Part shown: positions 37,297-48,851 of the stretch, piece by piece
How the letters are laid out: each line of letters starts with the position of its first letter
Position numbering within the stretch: position 1 is the stretch's first letter
From: Azolla caroliniana
Lineage: Eukaryota > Plantae > Polypodiophyta
Assembly (NCBI GenBank): GCA_043228905.1
Contig: JBHGNT010000004.1
Location: 7,502,001 to 7,566,000, forward strand
Direction of reading: 5' to 3'
Length of the DNA: 64,000 nt
Notes under the pieces: model-generated
The model's input: only the letters and a program-made list of their open reading frames with translations
What the model was told of the DNA's origin: nothing
Database searches by the model: none
Translations under genes and position numbers: made by a program

Positions 37297-40200
37297 CGTG
37301 GGTTCAACCGTGCAAGCCACTGTCCCACGGGTATGCCAAGTGTTAGCTGGTCGGCTACAGAGTCGGAGGGTTGGAGTCGGACAGGTCTGAAAGCGTAAGA
37401 GTCAACAAGGTTCAAAAGTACGAGGGAGTCGGAGTCAGATCGACGACACGGATCGATGAGTCGGCATTTTGCCAAGTAGATAAAAATAAATATATTAGAA
37501 TTAGTTAGACAGTTTTGTGATATTTCTTGCCGAAGAAAGGCAAGTGTATTCTTGGTAAAAGACGCTCGGTTTTACCTATAAAAAGGGATTGAGAGCATTG
37601 TATTTCTATCGTTCTATTTTGGTATTAATATAAGTTAGTGGTTAGGATATCTCTGTGTCGACAGTCTCTCTTTGTAGTACTATTCTTAGTGTTGATACCG
37701 AATTGTTATGCCTACTAAGTGATTATATTAAGATCTAATAGTCAATCATAATTACGCAGATATCAAGTCTTAATTAGTGACTAATACGTCTATCCATCCT
37801 TCTACCACAATCATCTTGATAGAATGTTTGGATCATAACATTCGACGTATTGTGTCAGCTACGCACAGTAATCGATTGTTGGCCGAACAACAGGTTTCCT
37901 CTTATGTGAGCCTCGGTCGATCATCCTCCTCCGCATCTATCTCGAACTCAATTTCAACTGTGTCGGATGGGGCTGATTCGACTGTATACTAGGATGCCGA
38001 CTCGTCGAATGCGACATCCCGACTCACTTGTACCTTCTTGGTGTAAGTATTGTAGCACTTAAATACCCTTTTTGCTCGAGTGAGTACCCTACAAGTATAC
38101 ATTTCTCCGACTTGGGATCGACTTTCTGCCACTTCTCGTCGCGAATATGTATATATGCCATTGAACTAAATATCCTGACGTGGGATAGATCCAATTTCTT
38201 TCCATAGAACTTTTTGCAAGGGGTAACATCGTGCACTCCTAATGTTGTGCAATGATTCATTAGATAGACGGGCGTATTCACCGCTTCAGCCCAGTATGAT
38301 TTTGGCAAATGTTTCTCGTTCATCATTGCCCTTGCCACCTCGAGTATGTGCCGGTTCTTGTGTTCGGCTACTCCATTCTACTAAGGTGTGTGTAGGCAAG
38401 TAAACTCTCGTTGGATTCGTCTATCTGATTAATCGTTGCACTCCAAATGTTGTGTAGCGATTCCTCAAATAGACGGTCGTATTCACCGCTTCAGCCCAAT
38501 GTGATTTTGGCAGATGTTTCTCGTTCATCATTTCCCTTGCCACATCGAGTATGTGCCGGTTCTTGCGTTCAGCTACTCCATTCTACTGAGGTGTGTGTCG
38601 GCAAGTAAACTCCCGCCAGATTCCTTCTTGTCAAAGGTATGCGGTAAAGGCGTCGGAGAAGTACTCTTTACTGCCATCTTATTGAAGGCATCACACATGA
38701 CGATTGGTTTCCTTTTCGACTTCGTTCTTGAATTTCTAGAAGTGCGAGAACAATTCACTCTTCTGGTGCATGGGATAAATCTAGGGATGTCTGGAGAAGT
38801 CGTCGATGAACGTTACGTAGTACCGGCAACCACCGAATGTTTACGTCTGGGTTGGTCCCCATACATCTGAATGTATTATATCATGATCCCTTTGCTTACG
38901 TTCCTCTCCTTTGGGATTGGATGTCGGTGTTATTTGCCGAATAGACAAGCTTCGCACACGCTTACGATTTCCTTTTCAGTAAAAGTCATGAGTCCGATGA
39001 AAACTCCTTTCGACTGCATTCCTTTGAGCTTTTGGAGGTTGATGTGGCCTATCCTCTTGAGCCACAACTCTATGTCAGTGTTGGCTCTCTAGCCCTTGGC
39101 ATACATTCCCGATTTCACCTCGTGAGAGTCGAGGATGAACATCTGACCTTCTCTCCGACCACGAGCGATAAGTCGGACTTCTTTTTCAAAGAAGCATCCT
39201 CCATCGTTGAAGCGGACTTGCATACATTGTTCGACTATTTGGCCAAATGAGACTGAGTTCTTTGTTATTGTAGGAACATGTAGAACGTTTTTTATATAGG
39301 TTTGGTTGACTTTTTCCCCAAATGGGACATTGCCAACATGCTGAATGGGGTGAATTGTGTCATCCCCTGTTTCCACATAGCCGGGTCGTTCGGGCTTTCG
39401 TAGCTCCTTGAACCAATCCTCGTGGGAGGTCATGTGGTTGGATGCACTCAAGTCGACAAACCATACATCTTCTAGTTTGGAGGTGTTGGTCGGGTTGGAT
39501 GTTGTCATCGAGTTCGCTCTATGGCTCATCACAAACATTCTGCCACGATTCTCGTAGTTGGAGTTGGAGGTGTAGTTTGTGAGTTGTCAGCTTGTGGAGT
39601 TTGACTCACTCTTCTTTTTCCGACACTCTGCCTCATAGTGGTTGAATTTACCACAATATCTGCATTGGGCGGGATTGTTTTGTCAGCTGGGTCCAGCATG
39701 ATTGCTCCCCCTTCTTCCAGACGCTCTGCCTCGCGTGTTCGAAGCGTCTTGTCGGTAGTAGAAGTTATGTTCTCGGGGTTGCTCTTGGTTGTTTCGGCCT
39801 TGGCCTAATTGGCATCTTCCTCCATTGATGTTTGAACAGAACATTTGTCCTTGCGCATTTCTTCTTGTTCAAACATGATTCTCCTCGACCAGTAACATCA
39901 ACTGGACATCGAACGAGGGAGGATTTTCCCTCTCGAGGACTGCCAACCGAATGTCTCTGAACCGAGGTGCTAAGCCTCTGAGGCAAATTTGCACCATTTC
40001 ATCATCATCAATGCTAACATTGATCGACCCGAGGCCATCACACAACTCCTTGATCTTCAAGGTGTAGCTGCCGATTGAAATGTCCCTCTGTTGTATATCA
40101 TTCAACTCTTGATGGAGTTTAAGCTTTCTTGCGGTCGTGTTGGCCGCGAAAATCTTCTTTAGGTTCCCCCATGCCTCCTTTGGCGTTTTGGCCTCTCGAA

Positions 40201-40619
40201 TGTAACTGAGCATGTGATGCAAGGCCATACAACCCATGACTCACCGCTTGCTCCCAAGTTGGGTAGTCGGCATGTGTTGGGTTGGGTTGATTTTCATTTG
40301 CTCCTTTGACATAGCTCCAATAGTCTTGACCGACAAGGTATTTGTGCATCTTGTACTTCCAAGATGCAAAGTTTATTTTGTCGAGCTTCTCGGTAGGAAG
40401 AGTTCTTCCCATCTAAGTATTCATTGTCGAACTTCTTCTTCTTCACCTCTTTGATACAAACTGTCCAAGTTGCTACTACAACGATTAGCGAGTTCTTTCC
40501 GAACACGGGATTGAGCACAGCACACACAGAGGTGATGGGCTTTGATCAAGCAACCACATGCTTTGATACCATGTAAAGAATTGGTGATGATTCTATGCAG
40601 CAGAAGAACTGCGTGTGTG

Positions 40620-40665
<46 letters not shown>

Positions 40666-40669
<4 letters not shown>

Positions 40670-41419
40670 TATATTAATTTCTTCTAAGGCCAAAATTGGC
40701 CCATGAGACAAATGGTTTACAACAAAAAATGGGATAAATACACATTCATCGAAAGTAAAAAATAAAAATAAAAAATAGAGTTTTAAGCTAAATAGTTCTA
40801 GTAAAATAAAAAAACAAACATGTTCTACAATGAAAATGATGTTATACTAGGCCTAATTTCATTTCCATCCAAGTCTCTCGAAGAGAAATGGGAGGTCAAA
40901 GGGTTTCGATGTGGATGTGGCCCGTGGCCCCAATGTAAAAGGTACCCCAAACATAGCTTCTAGTCGACGTAGCTCACGTTCCCTTATCTTCTTAATCCTT
41001 TCTACTACGTGTCAGTTTGTTTTGAAGCCCAACATCTGAGGGCGTTTGGTTGTTCTTTGCATTTCAACTTCCTCAAGAGAGAGGCCGAGTGGCGTAATTG
41101 TATCCACATTCATCGTCTCCCCTTGTTCTTGAAAAATTACACTAGTTACAAGTTGATGAATAGTAAAAGGGTTATGGTTAACACTTTGTAATTTATTCTC
41201 CCTATGTTGTTTTAGCTCTCAGATATACCTACCTAGTCTCTTTAGATCCCGGGTATCTAATAGTTTGGAGAGGGTGAAAGAGGGTCCTAATATGTCTTTG
41301 TATTCCACTCGTATCCTGGCATAAGTTGGGCACTTGCATGAGAAGTGATACTCATCCTCTATCTCTATGTGGCACAACCTACATAGCCTTTCCTCCCTAG
41401 GGACTCTATTAGCCCGACC
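40666..41419 (-). mobile_element. LINE 3' fragment (ORF2 C-terminal zinc finger and 3' UTR)
   Basis: GRANRVPREERLCRLCHIEIEDEYHFSCKCPTY. Confidence 0.75.
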
Positions 41420-44400
41420 AATCGACATAATGAATACTCAAATGGGGAGCGCTCTCCCTACCGAGAAGTTGGATCCAAACAACTTCGCATCTTGGGAGTA
41501 CAAGATGCACCAATACCTTGTCGGACAAGGTTATTGGAGCTACATCAAAGGAGTGCATGAAGACCGACCCGCCGAAGCGGCGCCCGGATATGCGACATGG
41601 GGGCAAGCCGCAAGCCACGTGATGTATTGCTTGGCGACATGTGTTCACGATTACATGCTCAGCTAAATTCGCGAAGCCAAGACGCCGAAGGAGGCATGGG
41701 AAAATCTACGAAAGATTTTCGCGGTGAACACAGCCGCAAGAAGGCTTCAACTCTGCCAAGATTTGAACAACATTCAACAAAGCGACATGTCCATTATGAA
41801 ATACACCTCGAAGATCAAGGAGCTTTGCGATTCGCTCGGCTCAATAAGCGTAAATATCGATGATGATGAGATGGTTCAAATATGCCTTGGAGGCCTCGCA
41901 CCATGGTTCGGCGAGATACGAACCGCCGTTCTAGCACGGGAGAAATCTCCCTCCTTCTTCGAGCTCCAATCAATGCTATTTGTCGAAGAAAACCACATGC
42001 GTACAAGGAGCAATGAGTCAGAAGGCCACATGCTCTACATGCACTCGAACGGAGGAAGACGACGCGGACGGTCGAGAGGCCGATACGGCCATGGACAAGC
42101 CAGACAAGGTCCGACCTACGATAACAACTCCTAATTTTGGCTGAGAAATGGAAGCCAACGAGGAACCTTCGCAAGAAGGGGGAGCTTCCACTCCGGCTCG
42201 AGCCGTCAAAATGCAACCAAATGCGGATATTGCGGAAAGCTCGGCCACCATGAAGAAGAGTGTTGAAAGAAGATGCGTGAATCAGCTTCCACATGCCGAC
42301 AACTCACGAATTACGCGCACAATTCCGACTACGAAGAATATAGCGGAATGTACGGGAACAACTCCGACTACGAAGATCGTGGCGGAATGTATGCACGCAA
42401 CTCCGACCGTGCCGGAATGTTCATGATGAAACATAGAGCAAACTCTATGTCGGCCTCTACCTCAACTCCTCAACTAGTGCCCTCAATCCGGAGGACGTAT
42501 GGTTTGTTGACTCCGGAGCCTCAAACCATATGACATCCCATAAAGAATGGTTTCTCGAACTTCGAGAGCCGGAGCGACCCGGTTATGTCGAAACCGGAGA
42601 TGACACTACACACCCGATTCGGCACATCAGCAATGTTCCGTTCAGCGAAAGAGGTAAGCAAACATACATTAAAAATGTCTTGCATGTTCCCACCATCACG
42701 AAGAATTTGGTCTCGGTCGGCCAAATGGTTAAGCAAGGGATGCAAGTATGATTCGACCAAGAAGGGTGCTTCATCGAAAAAGAAGGCCGAATCATCACAC
42801 GCAGACGAAGAGAGGGTCGGATGCTCATTCTCAATTCGCCCAAGATGAAATCCGCCATGTTCGCAAAAAGCACGAAAGCCAAGTCCAACATAGAGCTATG
42901 GCATAAGCGAATCAGCCACATCAATCTCAACAAACTCAAAGCAATGAAATCGAAAGGAGTCGTCATCGGACTCCCGACATTCAAAGAGAAGGAAATTGAA
43001 GGTGTATGCGAAGCATGCCAATTCGGCAAGCAACACCGACACCCATTTCCGAAGGAGCAGAACGTGAGCAAAGGCGTACTCGACGTAATTAATTCCGATG
43101 TATGGGGTCCGGCTCAAACGGCGACATTCGGCGGATGCCGATATTATATGCTCTTCATCGACGACTTTTCTACGCACACTTGGATCTATCCGATGCGGCA
43201 AAAGAGCGAAGTGTTCGGACACTTCCAAAAATTCATGAATGAAGTCGAGAAAGCCACGGGCCGACATGTACGTTGTCTTCGATCGAATAGCGGCAAGGAG
43301 TACTTCTCGGACGATTTAACGGCGTATCTCCGAAAGGAAGTAATTCGGCGAGAATTCACTTGCTGACACACTCCGCATCAAAACGGGGTAGCCGAGCGCA
43401 AAAATCGGCACATCCTTGAAGTAGCGCGGGCAATGATGAATGAGAAGCATATGCCCAAGTCTTCTTGGGCCGAAGCTACAAATATGGCCGTCTACCTAAT
43501 TGACCGGTGCACAACATCCGGCATGCACGAGGTCACTCCGCATGAAAGATTCTTCGGAAAGAAGCCGAACCTATCACATGTTCAGATATTCGGCTCCATT
43601 GCGTACGTGCACATCCCCGACGAGAAGCGTCAAAAGCTCGACCCGAAGTCGGAGAAATGTATCCTCGTAGGATACTCACTGGAGCAAAAGGGGTAGAAGT
43701 GCTACAACCCCTCAACTCGAAAATCTCGAGTAAGTCGAGATGTTGTTTTTGACGAGTCTGCATCCTGGTATGCACCAGAGACAACTTCGACTCCGACTCT
43801 GCTCGACCCGGAATCCACCAAACAAGAGATAGAGGATGAAGATCGCCTTACGCGCAAGTTCGAAGAAAGTCCAATCACGACCCGACTGAGCGGACCACAA
43901 GAGCCTTTGAGCGATCAAAGCACATCACAGCCTAGCCCGAAGATGGACAAAGGCAAGCCGAAAATGGTGGAATACGCAGATGATCCCTTCGATGATGATG
44001 TGTCGACTCACTCACTCGACAGTGAGTTTGGCGGCTTTGATGTACCAATCGGAGCTACGAAAGCCCTCATCTCTACAAATGAAAAGCTTCGTCGCTCCAC
44101 CCGTGAAAAGAATCCGGTTAGCCGATTCGGCTACAATGACTACATGGCATATCACTATGCCTTTTTGATGAAGGTGGCGACAGTACGCGAGCCGGAAACA
44201 TTCTCCGAAGCAGCCAAGGATCCGCGATGGATCGAAGCCATGAACAAGGAAATGCAGGCACTACGCAAGAATGAGATGTGCTATCTCGTTCCCATCTCAC
44301 CACACAAAAAGGCGATCAGATGCAGACGGATTTACAAAGTAGACGGCTCCGTCAACCGCTATAAAGCGCGACTTGTAGCGAAAGGCTACGCCCAAATGCA

Positions 44401-46312
44401 CGGAGTTGACTACGACGAGACCTTTGCCCCGGTGGCAAAGAAGACGACTGTACGGACCGTAATTGCGCTTGCCGCGGCGAAAGGGTGGCACATCCATCAA
44501 ATGGACGTCAAGAATGCCTTTCTACATGGCGAATTAGAAGAGGAGGTGTACATGATACAACCACCCGGCTTCAAATCGCGCATTCATCCAAAAGCCGTAT
44601 GCCAACTCAAGAAGCCACTCTACGGCCTCAAGCGGGCACCGCGTGCTTGGCATTCGAAGATAACGCAATATCTTCATCAAATCGGCTTCCATATGTCAAA
44701 ATCGGACAACTCCCTCTACATACGAAGCGATTCCGCAAGTCCGATCGGCATCATTTTATATGTGGATGACCTAGTCATTGGAGGTGAGCATCTCGTCGAA
44801 ATCAATAAAGCCAAATCCCTCCTTTCCGACAAGTTCGAGATGACGGACATGAAGGAGCTCCACTACTTCCTCGGCATCAAGGTAATTCGGACTCTGGCCG
44901 GAATGATGATCTCTCAACAGCACTACATCCTCAACTTGTTATACAAGTTCGGGATGGCTGAGTGCAAATCCGCGGCAACCCCACTCGATCGCAATCTCAA
45001 ACTAGATGCAAACTCCAGCACCAAAGTGTGTGAGCCGACTCAGTATCGGCAACTCATCGGGAGTCTCATCTACCTCACGATCACACCACTCGATCTCAGT
45101 TATCCGGTCAGTCTCCTTAGCCAATTCATGCAAACAACATGTGATACTCACTTGGATTGCGCTACGCGAGTTCTACGATACGTGAGCGGCACAATGGATT
45201 GCGGCATCCTCTACAAGACCGCGATGCCAATACGCCTCGAGGGGTACACAGACGCCGATTGGGCCGGTTACAAAGCCAATAGAAGATCAACCTCCGGATT
45301 TGTTTTCTCCCTCGGCAGCGGAGCAATATCCTGGAGCAACAAAAAGCAACCAACCATCGCTCTTTCGGGCACAAAGGCGGAATACAGGGGCGCGGTAGTG
45401 GCCGCATGTGAACCTGTATGGCTCAAGAGGATACTCAAGGATCTGGGTGTACCCATCAAGGATCTAACTTCCCTTTACTGCGACAACATGAGCAGTATCT
45501 ACCTGGCTCGGAACCCAGTGTTCCACGCGCAGACAAAGCACATCGAAGTGCACTATCACTTCATCCAAGAGCGCGTTCTGGCTGGCGATGTCAACCTACA
45601 ACACATTAGCACCAATCTTCAAACAGCCGACATCTTCACTAAAGCCTTAGGAGCCGACAAGCTATGGCAATTTAGGACCGATCTTGGATTGACAATCCCT
45701 GACTTGCCAAGCTTGAGGGGGAGTACTGAAGCCACTACGCAACAACGCGTGGATTCCGCAAACCGCGCACACTACGCAATAACGTGTGGATTACGCAATC
45801 GCACAACGAAGCCGCGAAGAGCCGATCTACCGCACAAAGCCGCGAAGAAAGACGCAAGCCGAAGCACAAACTTCGCAACTACACACAACGCAAGCTGGAG
45901 CACAGATTCCGCAACTCCGCATAAATGCGAGTCGACGCGGATTCCGGAACGCGAGTCAAAGCGGATTTCAGATACCGTCTGAAACCGAGCCGGCTTGAGC
46001 TTGAGGGGGCGTGTTGAGAATCAAGCTCAACTTGGTCTAGTGTGTGAACTCACCTTGAGAGTGAATAGACACTCCAACAGTCAAGAGTCTCCATTATGTC
46101 ACCTCTTTGAATTCTAGCATTTAGTATGAGTCATAGAATCATATTCTATGACACATAACTTATGAGCTTTCACATTCCCCATGCTCCATGAGTCTTGTAG
46201 TTAATGAAGAGAAAGGGTGACTATATAAACCACCCTCCTCCCACCTTGTATTCAGTTGAGTCTTTTTCTTTTGTTAATATACTCTTACCTTGCGTATTCT
46301 CTGTGTCTTATT

Positions 46313-46355
<43 letters not shown>

Positions 46356-46414
46356 ACACACACATAACTAATATCTCTTCCGCTTCACAAGAATCCATCT
46401 CTTGAATCTTTACA
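41420..46414 (+). mobile_element. Copia element E lacking its 5' LTR; 3' LTR 46012-46414
   Basis: Gag, protease, integrase, RT, RNase H in order; PPT GAGGGGGCG then TGTTGAG...TTACA. Confidence 0.92.
43907..45982 (+). CDS. pol: Copia RT-RNase H (691-aa open segment of a decayed polyprotein)
   Basis: KARLVAKG, QMDVKNAFL, LYVDDL, YTDADWAG, TKHIEVHYH, ADIFTKAL. Confidence 0.93.
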   Translation: MSDQSTSQPSPKMDKGKPKMVEYADDPFDDDVSTHSLDSEFGGFDVPIGATKALISTNEKLRRSTREKNPVSRFGYNDYMAYHYAFLMKVATVREPETFSEAAKDPRWIEAMNKEMQALRKNEMCYLVPISPHKKAIRCRRIYKVDGSVNRYKARLVAKGYAQMHGVDYDETFAPVAKKTTVRTVIALAAAKGWHIHQMDVKNAFLHGELEEEVYMIQPPGFKSRIHPKAVCQLKKPLYGLKRAPRAWHSKITQYLHQIGFHMSKSDNSLYIRSDSASPIGIILYVDDLVIGGEHLVEINKAKSLLSDKFEMTDMKELHYFLGIKVIRTLAGMMISQQHYILNLLYKFGMAECKSAATPLDRNLKLDANSSTKVCEPTQYRQLIGSLIYLTITPLDLSYPVSLLSQFMQTTCDTHLDCATRVLRYVSGTMDCGILYKTAMPIRLEGYTDADWAGYKANRRSTSGFVFSLGSGAISWSNKKQPTIALSGTKAEYRGAVVAACEPVWLKRILKDLGVPIKDLTSLYCDNMSSIYLARNPVFHAQTKHIEVHYHFIQERVLAGDVNLQHISTNLQTADIFTKALGADKLWQFRTDLGLTIPDLPSLRGSTEATTQQRVDSANRAHYAITCGLRNRTTKPRRADLPHKAAKKDASRSTNFATTHNASWSTDSATPHKCESTRIPERESKRISDTV

Positions 46415-47724
46415 TATATGATCATCTGGTGTCGGCTTCCAAGTTCAAGTAGATGATGGCCAAAGCTTGTGGCATCCGCGTCTTCATCCTTTGATATACG
46501 CATTATGTCTAAGTCTAAAGGGTCGATATTCACCATTTCAACATTTCTATCCATCTGAAATAGTGTGCATTGTCGGGATTGGGTTCTCGCATTGAAATCT
46601 CCTACAAGGAAGACTTCCGCTTGAGAAGAATATCAGATTATGTCATCCGATAAAGGTTCGTATGGAGAAGGCCCATGCAGCGTTCCTTCATCAACTATAG
46701 TCGCCTCTCCATCCATATTATACCGGGATCCTTTCGGGGGGAAGTAACACACGGCGATAAATATCGCCTGATCCTTGCTAGTGAGGACTTTCACCCACAT
46801 AAAACGGGCTTCTGGGTCTTTCTTTAGTATTTCTATCCTATTATGTATCTCTCTCTGAAATAGTATCGCAACCCCTCCAGACCCTCTAGTAGTATGTCGA
46901 TGTGAGGTAGGTCTAAAGACAGGTTCCCAACGAAAACCGTCAACTCGTGGCAGTCCTCGATTTGGGCTCTAATGTGTTTCTACTAAAAAACGTATGTCAA
47001 ATACCTTCAAAATCTCCTCTAGACGGCCAGGGTGTGTCAAAAGTGCATCGTTACAGTTCCATAAAGTCATCCTAAGTTTTTTGTTTGTCACATGGGCCAC
47101 ACGCCATCAATTGGCGGTGCGCTCATTTATTATCACATGTCCGTCTCGGTAAAAATCACGATGCCCCTCTTTACAAGCTTGTATGACTCACGGCATACAA
47201 GTTTTAGGCTGCTCAATTTGCATCTTGGTCAGGTCTTCATCAAGGTAGATAGGGTCCCTGCCCAATCCTCGAAGAATTAGTCTCTTTTTTAAAAATGCAA
47301 TTCTAGATTCTAAGTCCTTAAACTGAAGGACCAAAGCTCTTTTCCTAGTGGTTTCCCATCCTACCCTTCAAGTTTTAGTGATTGGTAGGGCTTCATACCC
47401 CAACATTTTCCCTAATGTTTGTGCATCTTCATCAGGAGATACCCCTTCCTTGAGCCCAGTAACTCGTACATTTAGGCGTCGAGCTTGACGCATTTTTTCT
47501 TCCTCAAGGATAGTGTTTACAATATTTTCATCCTTTAATTCCTTTTTAATATTACGTTTTACTACATCAACCCACCCAGTTTTTGCTAATTCCATATCAT
47601 TTTTAACCTCTTCCTTAACCTTTTTGATCTTGTCCTTAATATCCTCTAGGGAAGATATTTCACCATCTTCCCTAAATGTCTCAAGGTTCTTAACTTGTTT
47701 CTGAAGGTTTGTGTTGTCTACTTT
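46415..47724 (-). mobile_element. LINE 5' fragment: ORF1 remnant and APE endonuclease
   Basis: ORF1 RRLNVRVTGLKE; minus strand LWNCN, VETH, GSGGVAILF, CYFPP and VGDFNAR endonuclease motifs. Confidence 0.8.
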
Positions 47725-48268
47725 AATTCGAGCTGGATTCCCTTCGACCAACAGCACTCCTCGAACTGCCCCCGGTATTCTCCTCCGTTGTCCGCTCTGA
47801 TACCAGATTGTGCGGAAAATAGCGCTCGGTCACAACAAAACTTAAACAACGAATGGAAGAAAACAAACTAACACAGAGATGACACAAGATGTTTGTGTGG
47901 AAACCCTAAATGGGAAAACCACGGGAGCCCACGAACTCCAACTATCACTATGAGGGGAGGAATACAATGTGAGACTCAGAGGCAACGACCTCAAGCTCTA
48001 TGTCTTCGCCAACTGGCGGTTACAACAGAAATCGTTCTGTGTCTCTCTCACTCTATACAACAGTTATGCACATACGACAATATGACAACACTCTCTTTTG
48101 TGATTGCCCTAGGTCATATTAATACTCATATGAACTTAGGGCTATTTACAAATATAGCATCAATAGGCTTACTCAAAATATATTTACAAATATGTCTTCT
48201 CTTCCGGTTCTCACCGGGTCCTCTTCATTCATAACCGGATCCCATCCAGAGGGACCGACTTCCCAACA
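47725..48268 (-). mobile_element. Copia remnant: LTR 47809-48268, PBS 47794-47805 fused directly to an integrase fragment
   Basis: Minus strand TGTTGGGA...CGCACA, then TGGTATCAGAGC, then DNGGEYRGQFEE. Confidence 0.82.
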
Positions 48269-48851
48269 CTTATTAATACTCCCTTTATTTACATTTTTTT
48301 TTATACAAAGGGGACTTTCATGTGCAAATGTGCACATCCCCATTTCCACGCAACCGATGGACCTTTCTCCTAGTGGCCAGAATCCTCCACAACACCGCTA
48401 TGTTCACCAAAGGGCAAAAGGTCGAGTTTGACATCAACCTGTGGCAAAAGCGGTTCAGCCACGTCAACTTCCCACGACTTCATGAGATGTAGACGAGGAA
48501 CATTGTTTTCAGCTTGCCGAAATTCAATGGCCAAAAGGGTCATGTTTGTGAGGCCTGCCAGTTAAGGAAGCATCACTAGCTTCCATTCCCCAACACGCGT
48601 AATCAGAGCCGAAATAAGCTTGATTTGATCAATTCGGATGTGTGGGGAGTGGCACAGAATGTGAGCTTAGGCAGGAGTCGATATTTCGTCTCCTTCATCG
48701 ATGACTATAGTCGACACACCTAGATCTACCTCATAGACAAGAATAGTGATGTCTTCTCCTATTTCTAGAACATGAAGATTTTAGTCGAAAGGGAAACAGA
48801 GAGGAAAATCAAGTGTATACGATCGGATGGCAAAAAAGAATATTTTTCCGG

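Larger units (their letters stand above)
24358..37892 (+). mobile_element. Gypsy element C (non-chromovirus, tRNA-Arg-like PBS) with nested insertions and an internal deletion
   Basis: LTRs 24358-25667 and 37341-37892 (TGTTAGC...GAACAACA); TSD GCTTT/GGTTT; PBS TGGCACGCCCGGT at 25677; gag zinc knuckles, protease IVDGG, RT start CVDYRNLN..FLDGFSGYNQ. Confidence 0.87.
22760..40665 (-). mobile_element. Copia element D (22760-24357 and 37893-40665), split by Gypsy C
   Basis: RNase H/RT (QMDVKS, IYVDDL) at 22.8-24.3 kb; integrase, protease and gag at 37.9-40.4 kb; PBS 40560-40571; LTR remnant from 40572. Confidence 0.87.
4229..48394 (-). mobile_element. Non-chromovirus Gypsy element B (Phygy-like, tentative), expanded to 44 kb by nested insertions
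   Basis: LTR 4229-5095 and partial LTR 48269-48394 share the same end (..GAATCCTCCACAACA); TSD CCGC at 4225-4228/48395-48398; the interrupted Copia reading frame rejoins across it. Confidence 0.8.

Noticed and set aside
45725-45982. C-terminal extension of Copia pol as a new domain
   Set aside because: It reads through a repetitive 3' UTR after the usual LRG end and has no recognisable motif.
34086-46414. A single Copia element bounded by LTRs 34086 and 46012
   Set aside because: Flanks GTAAC and TATAT do not match and gag is present twice, so these are two separate truncated copies.
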